Source: Neoechinorhynchus agilis
Lineage: Eukaryota > Animalia > Acanthocephala
NCBI GenBank assembly: GCA_051530055.1
Contig: CM121342.1
Location: forward strand, 6,926,864-6,990,863
Direction of reading: 5' to 3'
Length of the DNA stretch: 64,000 bases
This document shows, in pieces, positions 1 to 13,297 of this stretch. Under the pieces are notes generated by a model. It had not been told where the DNA came from. It ran no database searches and saw nothing but the letters and a program-made list of their open reading frames with translations. Every line of letters starts with the position of its first letter. Positions within the stretch are counted from its first letter, which is position 1. Position numbers and translations under genes: made by a program.

Positions 1-299
1 CTGTCGCGAACAGACAAGCTATCAATTAGGTCAACAACATTACAACCTCAGTTGAACTATACCACACATTCTTCTCTGCCCAGCTGAATAGTGCTTTCAA
101 CTGTATGTGCACCATCATGAACCCTTTTTTGAACCGCATTCGCATTCTCTGTCTCAGACAGCTAACATATTATGGTCAACAATCTTTTGCATACGCGCAT
201 CCATAGAGCTTTCAATTATGTCACGTACCATCATGTTGTAGCCGCATTCTTCTCTGTCGCTACAGACACTATCAAGTTAGGTCAACAACATGAATTTTC

Positions 300-1950
300 G
301 GAATTTTTTCAATTATACTTAAATGAGATTTTTTACCAATTGAAGTGCAAACTCAGCCGCGGTCACTATGTCGAAATGATACCAGATTCCGTCAGAAAAA
401 TTATTAGAAACAAATACCATTAGAGAGTTTGAAGTTATCCCACAGCTTGAAAACGACTTTAGCCTGAGATTGTGTGGATCTTTCATAACAGAATTTACCA
501 CAGGGCAGTTAATTTTTCGAATTTTCGTTGGATTTGAACAGAAGTACGAGTTGGCATTTTTCAGCTCGAGTTCATACGTAATCGATGCGATCTTTTTTCG
601 GATATGTTCCGCCATATATCCAAAAGATGGTTTGTCTCTTGAATCGTCCCATGTACCTCGAATTCCTTTTTGAAGTTATCCGCGGCAACGAGATGTCTAT
701 AATAAGTGTACAGAGTTTCGATGTGTTCGGGATTGAAACTCATAAGCGACACTCTTCCTGGGGATATAACACCCAATACTCTCTCGATCGATAATATGTC
801 ATTAATCTGTCGCTTTCCTCCTTGCTGAGCTTAGTTGAATGTTTCTTTGAATCAGTAAGAGCGAATTGTTTTGCGCATTGAAAAGCGGATCTTCTTTGTC
901 CGGGCGACTTTCGAGCAGCGATCTTTTTCGGCCAGTCATGGTCCAAAGATTCAGAACTCATGCCAAACAATGCTCAACAGTTCTGCAACTTCCTCCTTGG
1001 TCCAAGTATTTTTCAATCTTATGTCGAACTCAAGAATCCAAGAGTTTCTGCAGAAAAATAAGCACTCCACGGTCCATTCACTGTTCTACTAACAACATTC
1101 CAATCAACAAGGTCGACGTAATTTGTAGAAGTAGAAGACTCGAGTTCATCAATAAAATCAACATCCGATAGATTTGAGAGGTGGGGAAATCGAATTCGGA
1201 GTTGATTAACAACAATTTCTTGCAATGTCGTGATACAAGCAAGCGACCGTGCGCGTTTCTAGCTATCAAATAGTGGAAGTCGTTAAGTTCCAAAAAAGGG
1301 ATCGTCGACATCTATCGCATTGATTACTGTATTTTTACATAAATGATTCGAAAAAGACTTTAAAGAAAATATCCTGTCTAGCAATCTCTTCTTCTTTAGC
1401 TTTAAATTGATGTCCCAAGTAACATATAAAATCATCCAGTTCAGTCAACTTTTTATCGATTATTTCATGACATAAAAGATTTGAAATCAACAATTCCTCG
1501 CAGCAACACGAGCTTCTTCGGAAAGTGGTGATTGGTCAACGCAAAGACTGGAACCTATATTCGAATCGTCTTGCGGATTTCATGCTTATTGCTGCAAAAT
1601 CGAACTCAATCTTTCCAGTTATAATAGTTTTACCTCGAACCACGTTTCATCAGAAATTTTCAAGCCGAATAGAGCAATTAACCGAAAATCTCGTCGCCGA
1701 CAACATGGAGCAACATTGGGAGGAGAAGTTCTAATTTTATCGAACGGACGTTGCGATAAGTAACGCATTAAGCAAATTTTAAAAGAATTTGTAATCGATA
1801 TTTCGTGATCTTCAATCTTTACAACTTGAGAAATGATATGCCGAAATTTGATAAAAAATACAACAAAAATGATAACAGTGTTATGTAGGAAAAGGTGAAA
1901 TTCAATTAGATAAAACACAGATAATAACCTGATAAATATTAAAATCAATT
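300..1950 (-). pseudogene. SNAPC4: SNAPC4/SNAP190-like Myb-repeat gene, disrupted by stops and frameshifts
   Basis: Joining minus-strand frames gives DWNVVSRTVNGPWSA-F-CRNSWILEFDIRLKNTWTKEEVAELLSIV...DWPKKIAARKSPGQRRSAFQCAKQF...KLSKEESDRL. This resembles the Ra-Rc Myb repeats of SNAPC4 (DWEKIS...W...EWSREEE...WQKIA...RSAFQCLQKF). Several in-frame stops and 1-bp shifts are present; the boundaries are approximate. Confidence 0.55.
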
Positions 1951-2229
1951 CTGATTATATCTTCAGAGATTTAAATTGGTTCAGAAACCATTGAGGTGGC
2001 TTCTTAAATACAAAAAGCTTCTTTATTTACGATAACCGAAAAACAACGCCAAATAATGACATTCGTTAGTTTTTATGTGCTTTTTCATCTTTTTGTGGGA
2101 ATTAATTATTTGAGAAATTAAAAAACGACCATTGCCTGCGTGTAACCCCAGCGTACAAAAATAGGTTAAACTATATGGGAAAATAAAGTTAACAAAAGTT
2201 CATAATAAAAAAGAGCTACAAATTTAATT

Positions 2230-4930
2230 ATGACATCCCGACGTTGCCAGTATACTGGCAGCATTCCCTCGCCTTGTCGCAATTACTGATTCATTGACCC
2301 GAGGAAATTTCTCGAGCGCGGTTCTCCCGTCAACCTTTTTCGTCCCAAATCGTTGGAGGAGATCGCTGATGGGCCCAAGGCTCCATACGTTTCCACGGCC
2401 AAAGGGGCAATGGTAATTCCTTTGGAGCTCTCTTCTTGAACGCTTTCGTTCCTGCAGCTACGACCGCGACCTGGATAACTTTTTTGAAATCGGAAAATTA
2501 CTGGGTCGCATCCCAAAAAAAGCGGTTTTCCCTCCGCCATGGAAAAACCGCACCGTCAGGTCGCTTGCTTTATAGGCGGCATAAATTACTCGGCTCTAGA
2601 ATATTGGACACGTGAACGGAATCTAGGGCTTTACTCAAAATTGGGAGTTCAATTTTAGTTTCTTGGAAACTTCCCTCTGACATTTTACAACAGAGGCCGT
2701 GTCTTAAATTAGCGTCAACTATAAAGCCGCAGCGATGCGGTACTGGATACATCCTGGCCCAATCTTAAAGAAACTGCGACCCTTAACGTAGAATCCTCTA
2801 GAAGGGAGATGTCTATAATAAGTGTAAAGAGTTTCGCGTGTTCGGGATTGAAACTCATAAGCGACACTCTTCCTGGGGATATAACACCCAATACTGAGGG
2901 TTAAAGGGTCTATGAATTCAAGGATGATTTAGGGAAGAGCCCAGATTGGGATTACTAAGTGAGAGGACGAATTTCGAGGTAATTTCTTGAGATGCGGTAG
3001 TACTTCGTATGACGAAACTAAGGGGAGTGCCGACGAGTTGACAAAAGTTTCATATTTGGGCTTTTAAGATTTTGTGGGGTGTGATGTGGATCAGGGACTA
3101 AGGGCAAATCAGACACTGCGCGGATACCGAGGCGGCCAAAAGAGGTTGGAAACGTAGCCAGCCGCCAGCCCGTATCCGTAATATTTATATTAAAAAGTTT
3201 CTTTAAAAAAGAACGTAAAACCCCGTCGAGATCCGATAAAACTCTTTTCTCCCCGAAACACGGAGCAGCGCTCAACTTATACATCAATTTCAGGATGTAT
3301 ATGCAATTCTTTAAAAGGAAGAAGGCTTCGTGCGCCGACAGCTCACATGCTCTTGTACATAATAATTCGAGCTTCGGTATGTGGGCCTCGAGGTCCTTTG
3401 AGACATTTTCGGCGAAAATGGGGCTTCCGAGGAGATAAATTTCGTATTTTGTAACCTCGCGCACCCTGGGAGCAACTTGCCGAAAATCTGGGATGATCGT
3501 CGAACGTGAACTGCCATCGAATCCCTGAAAAAGGATTTCGCATTTTTCGAAATTCAGTTTGAGGCCCAAGTTTTCTGCTTCGCTTATAATCGTTTGTAAG
3601 TCCCCTAAAAAATCCTGGGGATTACCGCCGAGTGTGGCGTCATCCAGGTACCAGCCGTTGAAATGAGAAATTAGTGATTGTACCAATTCATTGATTGTAC
3701 ACGCGAATCCAATTGGACCAAGGGGGTCACCCTGCTGAAATCCACATTGGCCAAATAATCTGATTTTTGTATAGAAGAGGGTTTTATTGGAGTAGGCCGA
3801 TAAAAAGTAGGGGTAGCTTTCAGGGATAAAATCTTTGATGGAATCCAACATTTTCTCTCTGAGGAAGGAGTTGAAGGCGTTTTTAAAATCTAACTTTAAG
3901 ACGACCAAAGGAGCCTTTGCTACTTCAAGATGGTCGCGGAGTACGTGAGTAATGGCTTCGGCACCACAAGATGTGCAGCATCCTAGCTGGAAAGGCCTCA
4001 ACACCCCCCCCCCAATTTCTGCGAAACTTTCTTACATATTATTTTAACTGCAAGTCTCCGAAGAGTGCAGCCGATGGCGATGGGACGAATCCCGCCATCT
4101 TTTTTCGAAAGCCCACAAAGAGAAGCCGAGAAGAAAAGCCGGATTACGAATTCGCTAAGAGAACCCCGGGATGAAAGGGTCAACCACTCTGACCAGTGGA
4201 GATTCCAGGAGTTTACCCGCAACACAGGTCGAGAAGGATAACATATCTTTTGGGTGTTGAGGACGCAAACCGTCAGGTCCGTGTCCTGAAGCGTTGGCTT
4301 AGGAGGAAATAGCTTTTTTAAATTCATTGAGGGAAGTTGGGTCCGGCGCTACTTGTGGAAAGTTAAATACCGTCGCTCCATTAAAATTGGGTTGCTTATT
4401 TTAAAGAGCCTGATACGTGGCTTCATGGTTGGGGGCGAAATCTTCGGTTGAGGCTAAAAGTCGAACAGCTCCGCGGATGTCTCCATCGGATAATTTTGCC
4501 GAAACTCGCTCAATTTTATATACGGCGGAAAAATTAAAAGAATTTATCGATTTCGATATTTCGGCATAATATTGTGTCTTTATCAAGATTTCTTGTTATT
4601 TCGAAACCAAATATTGCTACGAATTGAAAATCTGCTTGACTACGATCCGATATTATAGCGTCTTCTAGTCATCGCTAAAGAACTGTTGCCAAACCAGATT
4701 TTAAAGTTGGTCTACTTTCCCATTTGTTTAAATGCTTTTCAATAATTTGTTCTTACTCAAAAATCTTCGGGAAGTGGAATCTGTGCTTTGCCAACATGCA
4801 AAGATTGGCACTTCTGTTAGAATCATCTTATGAATTCCATGCGATTTGCTGCAAAATGGATCTCTCAATCTTTCCATTGGTTCATTTACCAGGAATCATC
4901 TATAAGAAATTTTCAAAATGAGTACGTTTT
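2230..4930 (-). mobile_element. Degraded CRE-clade non-LTR retrotransposon (RT + C-terminal restriction-like endonuclease)
   Basis: RT motifs KKDGGIRPIAIGCTLRRL, LKLDFKNAFNS, GFQQGDPLGP and WYLDDATLGG in ORFs 3998-4327 and 3018-4004. Downstream STLRVAVSLRLG, PWRRGKPLFWDAT and PLAVETYGALGPSA are typical of the RLE end. Multiple frameshifts. Confidence 0.88.
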
Positions 4931-5376
4931 TGAATCGAAAATATACATTACTCCTCAACAGCAAATAAAATAATTAAACCAATGAAAGCAGAGTAAAGTA
5001 TACAAATGACAACATGGCGCAATATTCGGGCAGAGCCAATAAGCGGCTGCGTTTTGACTCAAACAAAGGCCATCACTGCCGAGTATTCTTATCCGAATAA
5101 ACAATACAGCCTTCGTTCAATTTTGTTGGGCAAAATTTAAGAGGTAATCTCTTTATTCGGATTACGATGCAGCTATTTTCTTAATTTGAATTTTTCGTTT
5201 GTTAACAACTCAGATTTCTATAACACGCCATAACTTGAAATAAAGTCAACCAATTTACTGTCTATTAAGTCTTTGAGTCCAATTTCAATAAAGAACGATT
5301 GATTTTTGTGTAACCAACGATCATCGCAATCAAACCAAAACAAAGAGTCTACTAATATATTAAACTAAATATCCTA

Positions 5377-6604
5377 TCAATCCTTCTCAGATTGTTTCTC
5401 GGAACGATCTTTCTCAGCCTGAACTTCTGCACTTATCCGCGCGGCAGATATTAACATTGAGTTCAATGTAGGCGTCCAATTCTTCGATGGAACATTCGAT
5501 GGTCAGTTTATTGCTTTGCTGGAGTAATTCACCTTGGGCCGACGATAAATTTATTAATCTGCCGGGGTTTGTAGTGTTTCTTCTAAGAAGGGCGAGGGTT
5601 TCAAAGGTTCAGTTGCACTTCGGTTTAGTGCTCGATTCTTGCATTCTGGTTCTCCGTGATTTTGTTCGTGGTTGTTGCTCAATTTGGTCTAACGGCACTC
5701 CGCGCTTTAAAGATTTTTGCCCTTGCTTAATTGAAGAACATTTAAGATCTCCTGTTCGCATCGCCGCTTTTTTAGTTTTAACGGCTGAACTTGTTTTTGC
5801 ATCCAAAAAACCTTCGATGATCGCACAGGAATTACAATAGTAAAGTTCATTTCGACGGTATCTGATTCGGCTTACAACAACTTTGCATCGATTGCATTGA
5901 CGTTGAACTTTTGCTCGTTTCGCCCGCGTAGAACTTGTTTCCGGGTGCTTGCGTTTTGTCGGTTCAATGGTTCTTTTGTTGAACGCTTCATTGAAACTGT
6001 CTTCATTTTGGTCTTGACTTTGCTCGACAGCAATATTCGTTTGGTCTTTTGGAATAATGGCTTCTATGCATTTCTCACAAAGACAGAGTCCACAATAATC
6101 AAACAATTTAGAAATTTCACTCATTCCACATTTAATGCAACATCGAATATCGCCAGTTTCTCCAGTCTTGTCTTCTAATTCTGGGTTCTGCTTCACTCGC
6201 TTTTTAGTATCTTCAATGTCGGTGTGAATTTCTACGGCGCCGTCAACTCTGTTCTCAATCTTTATCTTTCCCGCTTTTTTCGCATCGATACTTGTAACGG
6301 AATCATCGTTCAATACACATTTTACACTCACATTCGCAATCTTGCTTACATTGAGAAGCATTTTTAAACCGCTCAATCTTTCTGCCAAAGTTTCGTTGGT
6401 TTCTTTAAGTTCAACGTCCAGCAATCCCTGACGAGATATTTCTAGCCCTTGATTCACTTTTGGTTCACTGTCATGGCCGTCAATAATTTTGATATCGGTA
6501 AGATCGATTTGTTCAGTTGTTGACCTTTCTCGCTCTGCGTTCTCAAGCTTGTTGTCCACTTGAGCAAGAATTTCTTGAAGAACTTCAATAATCTCAGGAT
6601 TCAT
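5377..6604 (-). pseudogene. Orphan protein with Cys clusters, frameshifted paralog of 13298-14527
   Basis: Near-identical to the copy-2 ORF, but a 2-bp deletion (~5628) and a 1-bp insertion (~5499) break the C-terminal frame; the ORF track stops it at 5609. Confidence 0.6.
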
Positions 6605-7899
6605 TGTATAGTTTGCTGTTCTGAATATTAACTTAATAGATATTTTCGTTGAGGATTGGAGAATTGTGAGATGTTCGTAGTAATGCTCGTTAGCAATTGT
6701 AAATGTATTGGATACGCTTTTATTCTTTTCGCCATAACCCAAATATAACAAACAATTATTTATTTTGCTTATTTATTGATGACTATTTGCTGTAATTTCG
6801 CGATTATTATATAGCTTTACGAATCACTTGTTGATTATAACCGCTGCTTACATTTGAGAGAAATTATGTAAACCGTCGATCGTGTTTACGGTTCGGTTCT
6901 TTTCGCGATCATCATTTGATTATCAACAAAACTTAAATCGACGACACTTTTTGTAAGCCCAATAATGGTTTGATGGCATAGTTGATAAAATTTTCGTGCG
7001 GCGATTTCATTTCAAAAACAATACTTAATTTCCATTCATTGCATCCACATTAATTTTTTCATACGAGAACGCCACTTTACGAGTATTTTTATTCTGATTT
7101 TCTTGTCGACATTATCAACATCACTGTTTAATAAACAAACGAATTTTCTTCATCAGGTCTCTAGGTTTTTCGAAAAAAAACCTATTACGATTAATTGATT
7201 TCTATTTTTGAAGACTGGCCGGCGGGCAATTTTTCTTTATCTATGTTCGGCCTTTTTCACGGCTGATAATTTTCCTTGAGCCCACAGCCCACTGATCTGG
7301 TTCACGGAGGCGCATAAAATCACACAATACCCGGATTTTCAGTGACCAATTTTAAAACCGTGAAGTATTTTTTATAAAGAAATAAATAATCTTATGTTTT
7401 ATTTCTGCTTATCTTTGTGCACTCAGCTACCACTTTTAAACTTTAAATAGTCCAAAAATTAAAATAAGAGCCGAAAATGTTGATTAAGCACTATAGTAAC
7501 TCTAAATGTTTTGAAAGCTTTGAAGCTGTTTTTGGAAGTAACAATGCCGCTAAAAAGAAGAAATAGAAGAAAAAATGCCAGGATCAACACTAAGAAAAAA
7601 ATAATAAAATCTCCTTCGCTAAAACTTGTACGATGTCGCTTTTATAGATAAAGAGTTCAGAAAGTAAAATGCTTTCCTATAGGTTGAAATTCAGATCGTT
7701 AAACTAAAAACTGAATTGGCTGCTGTAAATGAAGGAGGAAAATATTACAAACTGCGTGTTCGGGACGCTGAACGAGTTATTGGCGAACTAAGCGAACGAT
7801 ATTCAAAGCCATCATCTTATATTGATATGCAACCAACATTAGAAGTTATTTCGTTTAAAAAGTTTAAATACCAGTAAATTCGGAAATTTATAGGCCATT

Positions 7900-8740
7900 A
7901 CGAAGCATTTTAAAAAATTGCAAGTTTCCTGAAAGGACGAATTAGAAGAGACTGAAAATAAGAGACGGGAACTGTTGAGTAATGTGATTTGCTGTGACCA
8001 GCGAGTTTTGAACGATCTTCTAAAACAACGACTGATAACAATAACCAGTGAGATCGAAAAGACTGTGTTGAATGCATTTTTGAAATAAAATTTCAAGATC
8101 ACGCACAGCTTTGAGTTTCCGACAATCGCCTCTGCACCACAAACTGTTCAGCAATCTAACTAAATGGGGCGAAGCAGCATCCCTATTTTCCGCGATCCTT
8201 TTATTTAAAATTTTTGCTGTTAAGCGGCGCAGAGTTGTTCCAATTGCGATGGAACGAATCCCACCTTCCTTTTTGCGAGGGCACACACAGATGCGCCGAA
8301 AAATAACTCAATTGCTTTCGGAATCAAGTCTCACCATGCAAATTGACCGACTAAGCGTTCCAATGCAATTTCAAGAGACTGAGCAGCGTCACATACTGAA
8401 AAGGAAGTCATATCCTTTAGGTGTTTTGGCCGCAACCCGTCTAGCCTGGGAGCTGATCCGTTAGCAAAAGAAGATATTACCATCTTCATTTCTGATTTCG
8501 ATGATAAAATATAAGGGATCGTATCGAAGAAGGAGGATTTAACGAAAAACTACCGTCCGCCGACAATCGGAAGTTTGGAACGAAGAGTTTGTTAGGTTTA
8601 TTCGTTATCTTTGGCGAGACTATCGATTGAAAATAAAAGACGAACTGCTCCTCTGATATCTCCGCCTGCGAGCTTTGAAGAAACGCTTCCAGCAAGCGAC
8701 CGATTTGAGTTTCGGCGATGGTAACGCTCCTGGACACACT
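7900..8740 (-). mobile_element. Second, older CRE-like RT fragment (copy 1)
   Basis: Fragments RKKEGGIRSIAIGTTLRRLTAK and (L)KFYFKNAFNTV, heavily disrupted. Confidence 0.7.
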
Positions 8741-9140
8741 TCCTTTATTTTAATTATTTAAAAATTCGATATGTTAAATATGTTAACTGCATGTTGAATA
8801 GATTGGAAAAACCTAAGATAAATCGTTTTATTGTATTTTTAGAGGGTAACGGAATTACTGAATTTTTAATCCAAAATTTTGCGCGATTTTTGTGTATAAG
8901 AAATTAACGGATTTATCGTCGGTCCAAAACCATACGGAGGCGTCCTCTACCAAGAACACACAACAAAATATCTTCTTTACTAACCAAAAACTTAAAATTT
9001 GGTTTACTAAAAGTCACTCAAGTGGTGAATGTGGAAGTTAAATTTGAACTTTTCTCAGCGCACCGGTGAAAAAAGTAATGTATTACTCATACATTCATCC
9101 TTCACGAGTTATCTCGATTTTTCGTCGTCGTTCATCCGCA

Positions 9141-11070
9141 ATGCTTCTTGTGCTTTTCTTAAATATTCTATTATTAATAATTCCACTAAGTCTTGTTTCA
9201 ATGGAACAGCATGGAAAAGAACCGAAATGCGAGATAACGCACTCGCATCCCATTTTAGCCTTTGGAATACGATGTTACGAAAATGATTCTGTTGGGAAAA
9301 TGGAATCGATTATTAATTTATTACGATCCGCTCAACGCAATCAAGAAAATTTTGTATTTAGTAATGTCGATCTTAAAGATATTCCGCAATATTTTGTTTT
9401 GTTATTTCCTCGAGTCGTAAAGGTAACTGTCCTTCATGAATACGAACAATCATACAGATCGTCAGTACTGAGCAATTCTTTACTTTATAAACTCAAACGT
9501 GTAAAAGAGTTAAATATAAAGAGAACTGGAATTGTCAAGATTGATGAAGACGCTTTTAAAGAATTTATGAGTCTTGTTCGACTAAGTTTGAGTTTCAACA
9601 GTATATCAGTAATTCCTGCCCAATTCCCACGGCAATTACCGTTATTGGAAATACTTCGTTTATCGAACAATATGCTAACAAGTGAAAGTATAAATGTTAT
9701 TTGCAGACTACGATACCTGAAACTATTGGATTTAAGTCATAATTTGATTGATCATTTAGGTTCGTCGCGCTCCGGCTATTTTTTACTATCTTGAGGAATT
9801 GTACATAGTTGGTAATCCAATTAAATCCGTAGACAAAATGGAATCGTTTAAAAATCTTCGTTATCTCCATATTACGTATCTCGAAAATGTCAACGATTTA
9901 TTTAGTCGTAAAGACCAATATTCCAAACTATATGAATTCATGGTCACAAATGGATCGGCTAAAGCGTTTGACACTAATTTGTTAGCTGCAGCGCCTCGAC
10001 TTGAAAATCTTGAGATTACGAGAAATCAATTAGAATCGATTCCAGCTGGAAATCAACAAACGAATGAAAATATAAAGAAATTTTCGTTGGCGTATAATCA
10101 AATAACATTCATCAACGAAAATGATTTCGATGACTATACAAGTCTTATAGAACTCCATCTTCCGCACAATAGGATTAATGGCTTCCATAGAAATGCATTT
10201 TCAAAGTTAACGAGATTGAGAGATATATTTCTTGATTATAATCAAATAAAGACGATCAGCTCGGGCAGTTTAAGGAATAATCGCCTACTGGAAATCTTCT
10301 CGATTAGTTACAACCAATTAAATCATATCCATTGCAATCTTTTTCGGAATACAGGAAAACTCCAATACGTCGATTTGTCTGAAAATCGAATTCGAGATTT
10401 GATTGCGAAAAATTCTCTAACTCATTCGATTGCATACGTCGCTTTACGAGGAAATAAAATATCATCAGTAACCTTTAGCCGAACAAAAAGTAACCGGACT
10501 CCCGCGAACTTCGGCCTTGATTCGGAGTTTGTCCCTCAATCAATTTTGATCGCGTTGAAGATCTATGGTAAAAACGCTACGAAGGTTTTCTCGCTAACAA
10601 ACAAAAACCTGACAACGTTCAGAGAAATAAACATGTTCGTTGCAGTCAATACTTTAATTTCACTCGACGTGACTAATAACCAAATAACTATGCTTGGACC
10701 AACCGATTTTTCGGGTTTATTCAATCTTAAATATTTTAGTCTTCAATCAAATATAATCACCAAAATAAAATCAAAAGCTTTTGAAGCTGTTAGCCTTTTG
10801 CAAGCTATCGATCTCAGTCAAAACAAACTCAGTACAATTCCAGTTGATGCGTTCGATGGATTGGGAAATCTTATATTTTTTAATCTGGCTGATAACAAAC
10901 TTAGAAGCATACCAGGAAGTCTTTATGATCTAAAAATGCCAAATCTCGTTTTCTTGAATGTTTCAAACAATCAAGTCGAATCCTTTAATATTGAACACTT
11001 CGCAATGATGAGATCACTGGGGCAGATAGTCGTCGAAGGAATGAAAATTGAAGCAACCTTTTATTACTGA
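9141..11070 (+). CDS. Intronless secreted leucine-rich-repeat protein, copy 1 (1-bp frameshift in T-run at 9779-9784)
   Basis: ATG at 9141 is followed by a hydrophobic signal peptide (MLLVLFLNILLLIIPLSLVS) and many LxxLxLxxNxI repeats, ending ATFYY* with no TM segment. Split into ORFs 9066-9794 and 9799-11070 by T6 versus T5 in copy 2. Confidence 0.85.
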
Positions 11071-11199
11071 ATTGTAAGATTTAATTATTAAAACGTTTCA
11101 TTGTAAGAGTCGTTTAAAGATGAGCGCAAAGAACATACAGAAATTAAAGGTGTAACATTTTAATCCATTGATTCAATGACATGAAGAATTTCTTTAGAT

Positions 11200-11500
11200 T
11201 GTAATTCTTGGTGTTTTATCATAAACTGGCTTCTCTCCCTCGAGCACAACACCTTTAAAATTTATCTACTGAAACGCCTCCGATATTTAGGAATCCCTTC
11301 ACCCGATCTCTACAAATTTTACTTCTGCTTTATTTTACCTTCCCCCGCCTGCGGTTATCCCGTATTTTGCAACGTTTCCAAATCTCAAATCTGTCATCTT
11401 AAAATGTTTCACCAAAGAGCCTCTAAAACTTGCGCATCTGACTTTCCCCTCTCTCACCGAATGCCTTGATGCTATTTTCATAAAACAATCAAAATACCAT
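11200..11500 (+). mobile_element. L2/Crack-like LINE RT C-terminal fragment (also ~19140-19440)
   Basis: Translates as YLLKRLRYLGIPSPDLYKFYFCFILP...YPVF...HQRASK, resembling the post-RT motif LYFLRQLKR.GVP..DL..FY...IRP of L2-group LINEs. Confidence 0.55.
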
Positions 11501-11629
11501 TTTTTAAGTTTTACTGGCAAGCCGGTATGTTATGATCATTCAATTTTAGTCAATCCCTTTCTTGTCCTGCTTATTTATTTAGGCATAAAGCCAAACCAAT
11601 TAAACCAGAGAAGTGATATAACCACATAG

Positions 11630-11823
11630 TCTCTAATGTCGGTTAAGAGTTTGTACATTCCTCCGGATCCTCAGATACCTCCAGGAGGCGGGACTCATCA
11701 GTGAGTTCCCTCCTTTCTGCGGTATTTCGTCCCCTTTGGCTGTGCGTCATTGGTGGTAACGGATTGGAACCACTTGACCCCTAATCGGGATCAGGGGCAT
11801 TAGTCCACTTGACCACCTCGACA
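11630..11823 (-). mobile_element. tRNA-derived SINE, copy 1
   Basis: Minus strand reads GTCGAGGTGGTCAAGTGG (A box)...GGTTCCAATCC (B box), followed by a non-tRNA body GGGGACGAAATACCGC...CTGATGAGTCCC...GGAGGAATGTACAAACTCTTAACCG. Confidence 0.7.
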
Positions 11824-13297
11824 CAACTACGAAATGTCAAACTCAGCCAGTTTATCGACTCAGGGTGAGCGCTGTGTTCTATTTTTTTTTAGTTTTACTG
11901 GCAAGCCGGTGACTAAAATTGAATGATAATCAAAATACCTATCAACGAGACCATCACAATTTCTACCAAATTTTATTCCCGTTTTCACACGAGCACAATA
12001 CTTGTAATCCTAATCCGTTTCATCCTCTCTTGACCTCGCACCTCCCTATATCTACGCTCCTTTTTCCATGCTGCCCAATCTTCTCGGATATCAGAACTTG
12101 AAATGAACCAGAGGAACGACCAACCTTGAAAACGCTCCTGCAAGCAATAAATACGAATTCCCACCAGAACGGACCTCCCAACCACGCAAACCGTCAGGTC
12201 CGTGTCCTGAAGCGTTGGCGAAAGAGGAAATAGCTTTTTTAAATTCATTGAGGGAAGTTGGGTCCGGCGCTACTTGTGGAAAGTTAAGCACCGTCGCTCC
12301 ATTAAAATTGGGGTGCTTATTTTAAAGAGCCTGATACGTGGCTTCATGGTTGGGGGCGAAATCTTCGGTTGAGGCTAAAAGTCGAACAGCTCCGCGGATG
12401 TCTCCATCAGATAATTTTGCCGAAACTCGCTCAATTTTATATACGGCGGAAAAATTAAAAGAATTTATCGATTTCGATATTTCGGCCTAATATTGTGTCT
12501 TTATCAAGATTTCTTGTTATTTCGAAACCAAATATTGCTACGAATTGAAAATCTGCATGACTACGATCCGATATTATAGCGTCTTCTAGTCATCGATGAA
12601 GAACTGTTGCCAAACAAGGTTTTAAATTTGTTCTACTTTCCCATTTGTTTAAATGCTTTTCAATAATTTGTTCTTACTCAAAAATCTTCGGGAAGTGGAA
12701 TCTGTGCTTTGCCAACATGCAAAGATTGGCACTTCTGTTAGAATCATCTTATGAATTCCATGCGATTTGCTGCAAAATGGATCTCTCAATCTTTCCATTG
12801 GTTCATTTACCAGGAATAATCTATAAGAAATTTTCAAAATGAGTACGTTTTTGAATCGAAAATATACATTACTCCTCAACAGCAAATAAAATAATTAAAC
12901 CAATGAAAGCAGAGTAAAGTATACAAATGACAACATGGCGCAATATTCGGGCAGAGCCAATAAGCGGCTGCGTTTTGACTCAAACAAAGGCCATTACTGC
13001 CGAGTATTCTTATCCGAATAAACAATACAGCCTTCGTTTAATTTTGTTGGGCAAAATTTAAGAGGTAATCTCTTTATTCGGATTACGATTCAGCTATTTT
13101 CTTAATTTGAATTTTTCGTTTGTTAACAACTCAGATTTCTATAACACGCCATAACTTGAAATAAAGTCAACCAATTTACTGTCTATTAAGTCTTTGAGTC
13201 CAATTTCAATAAAGAACGATTGATTTTTGTGTAAACAACGATCATCGCAATCAAACCAAAACAAAGAGTCTACTAATATATTAAACTAAATATCCTA

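Larger units (their letters stand above)
4263..12183 (+). repeat. Tandem segmental duplication, copy 1 (~7.92 kb)
   Basis: Sequence starting acgcaaaccgtcagg at 4263 recurs at 12184 and stays colinear, with substitutions and a few indels, up to ...acctcccaacc (12183 / 20120). Confidence 0.95.

Noticed and set aside
1-300. Three degenerate ~45-bp repeats (cattc..ctctgtc...ggtcaacaa)
   Set aside because: Truncated by the window edge and too diverged to interpret.
11685-11735. Permuted hammerhead in the SINE body (minus: GGGGAC-GAAA...GAG-GNRA-CTC-A-CTGATGA-GTCCC; also 19628-19672)
   Set aside because: Stem II and both core strings are present, but the 23 nt between them cannot form stem III plus a UH cleavage site or the 1.1-2.1 pair; not a cis-active hammerhead by inspection.
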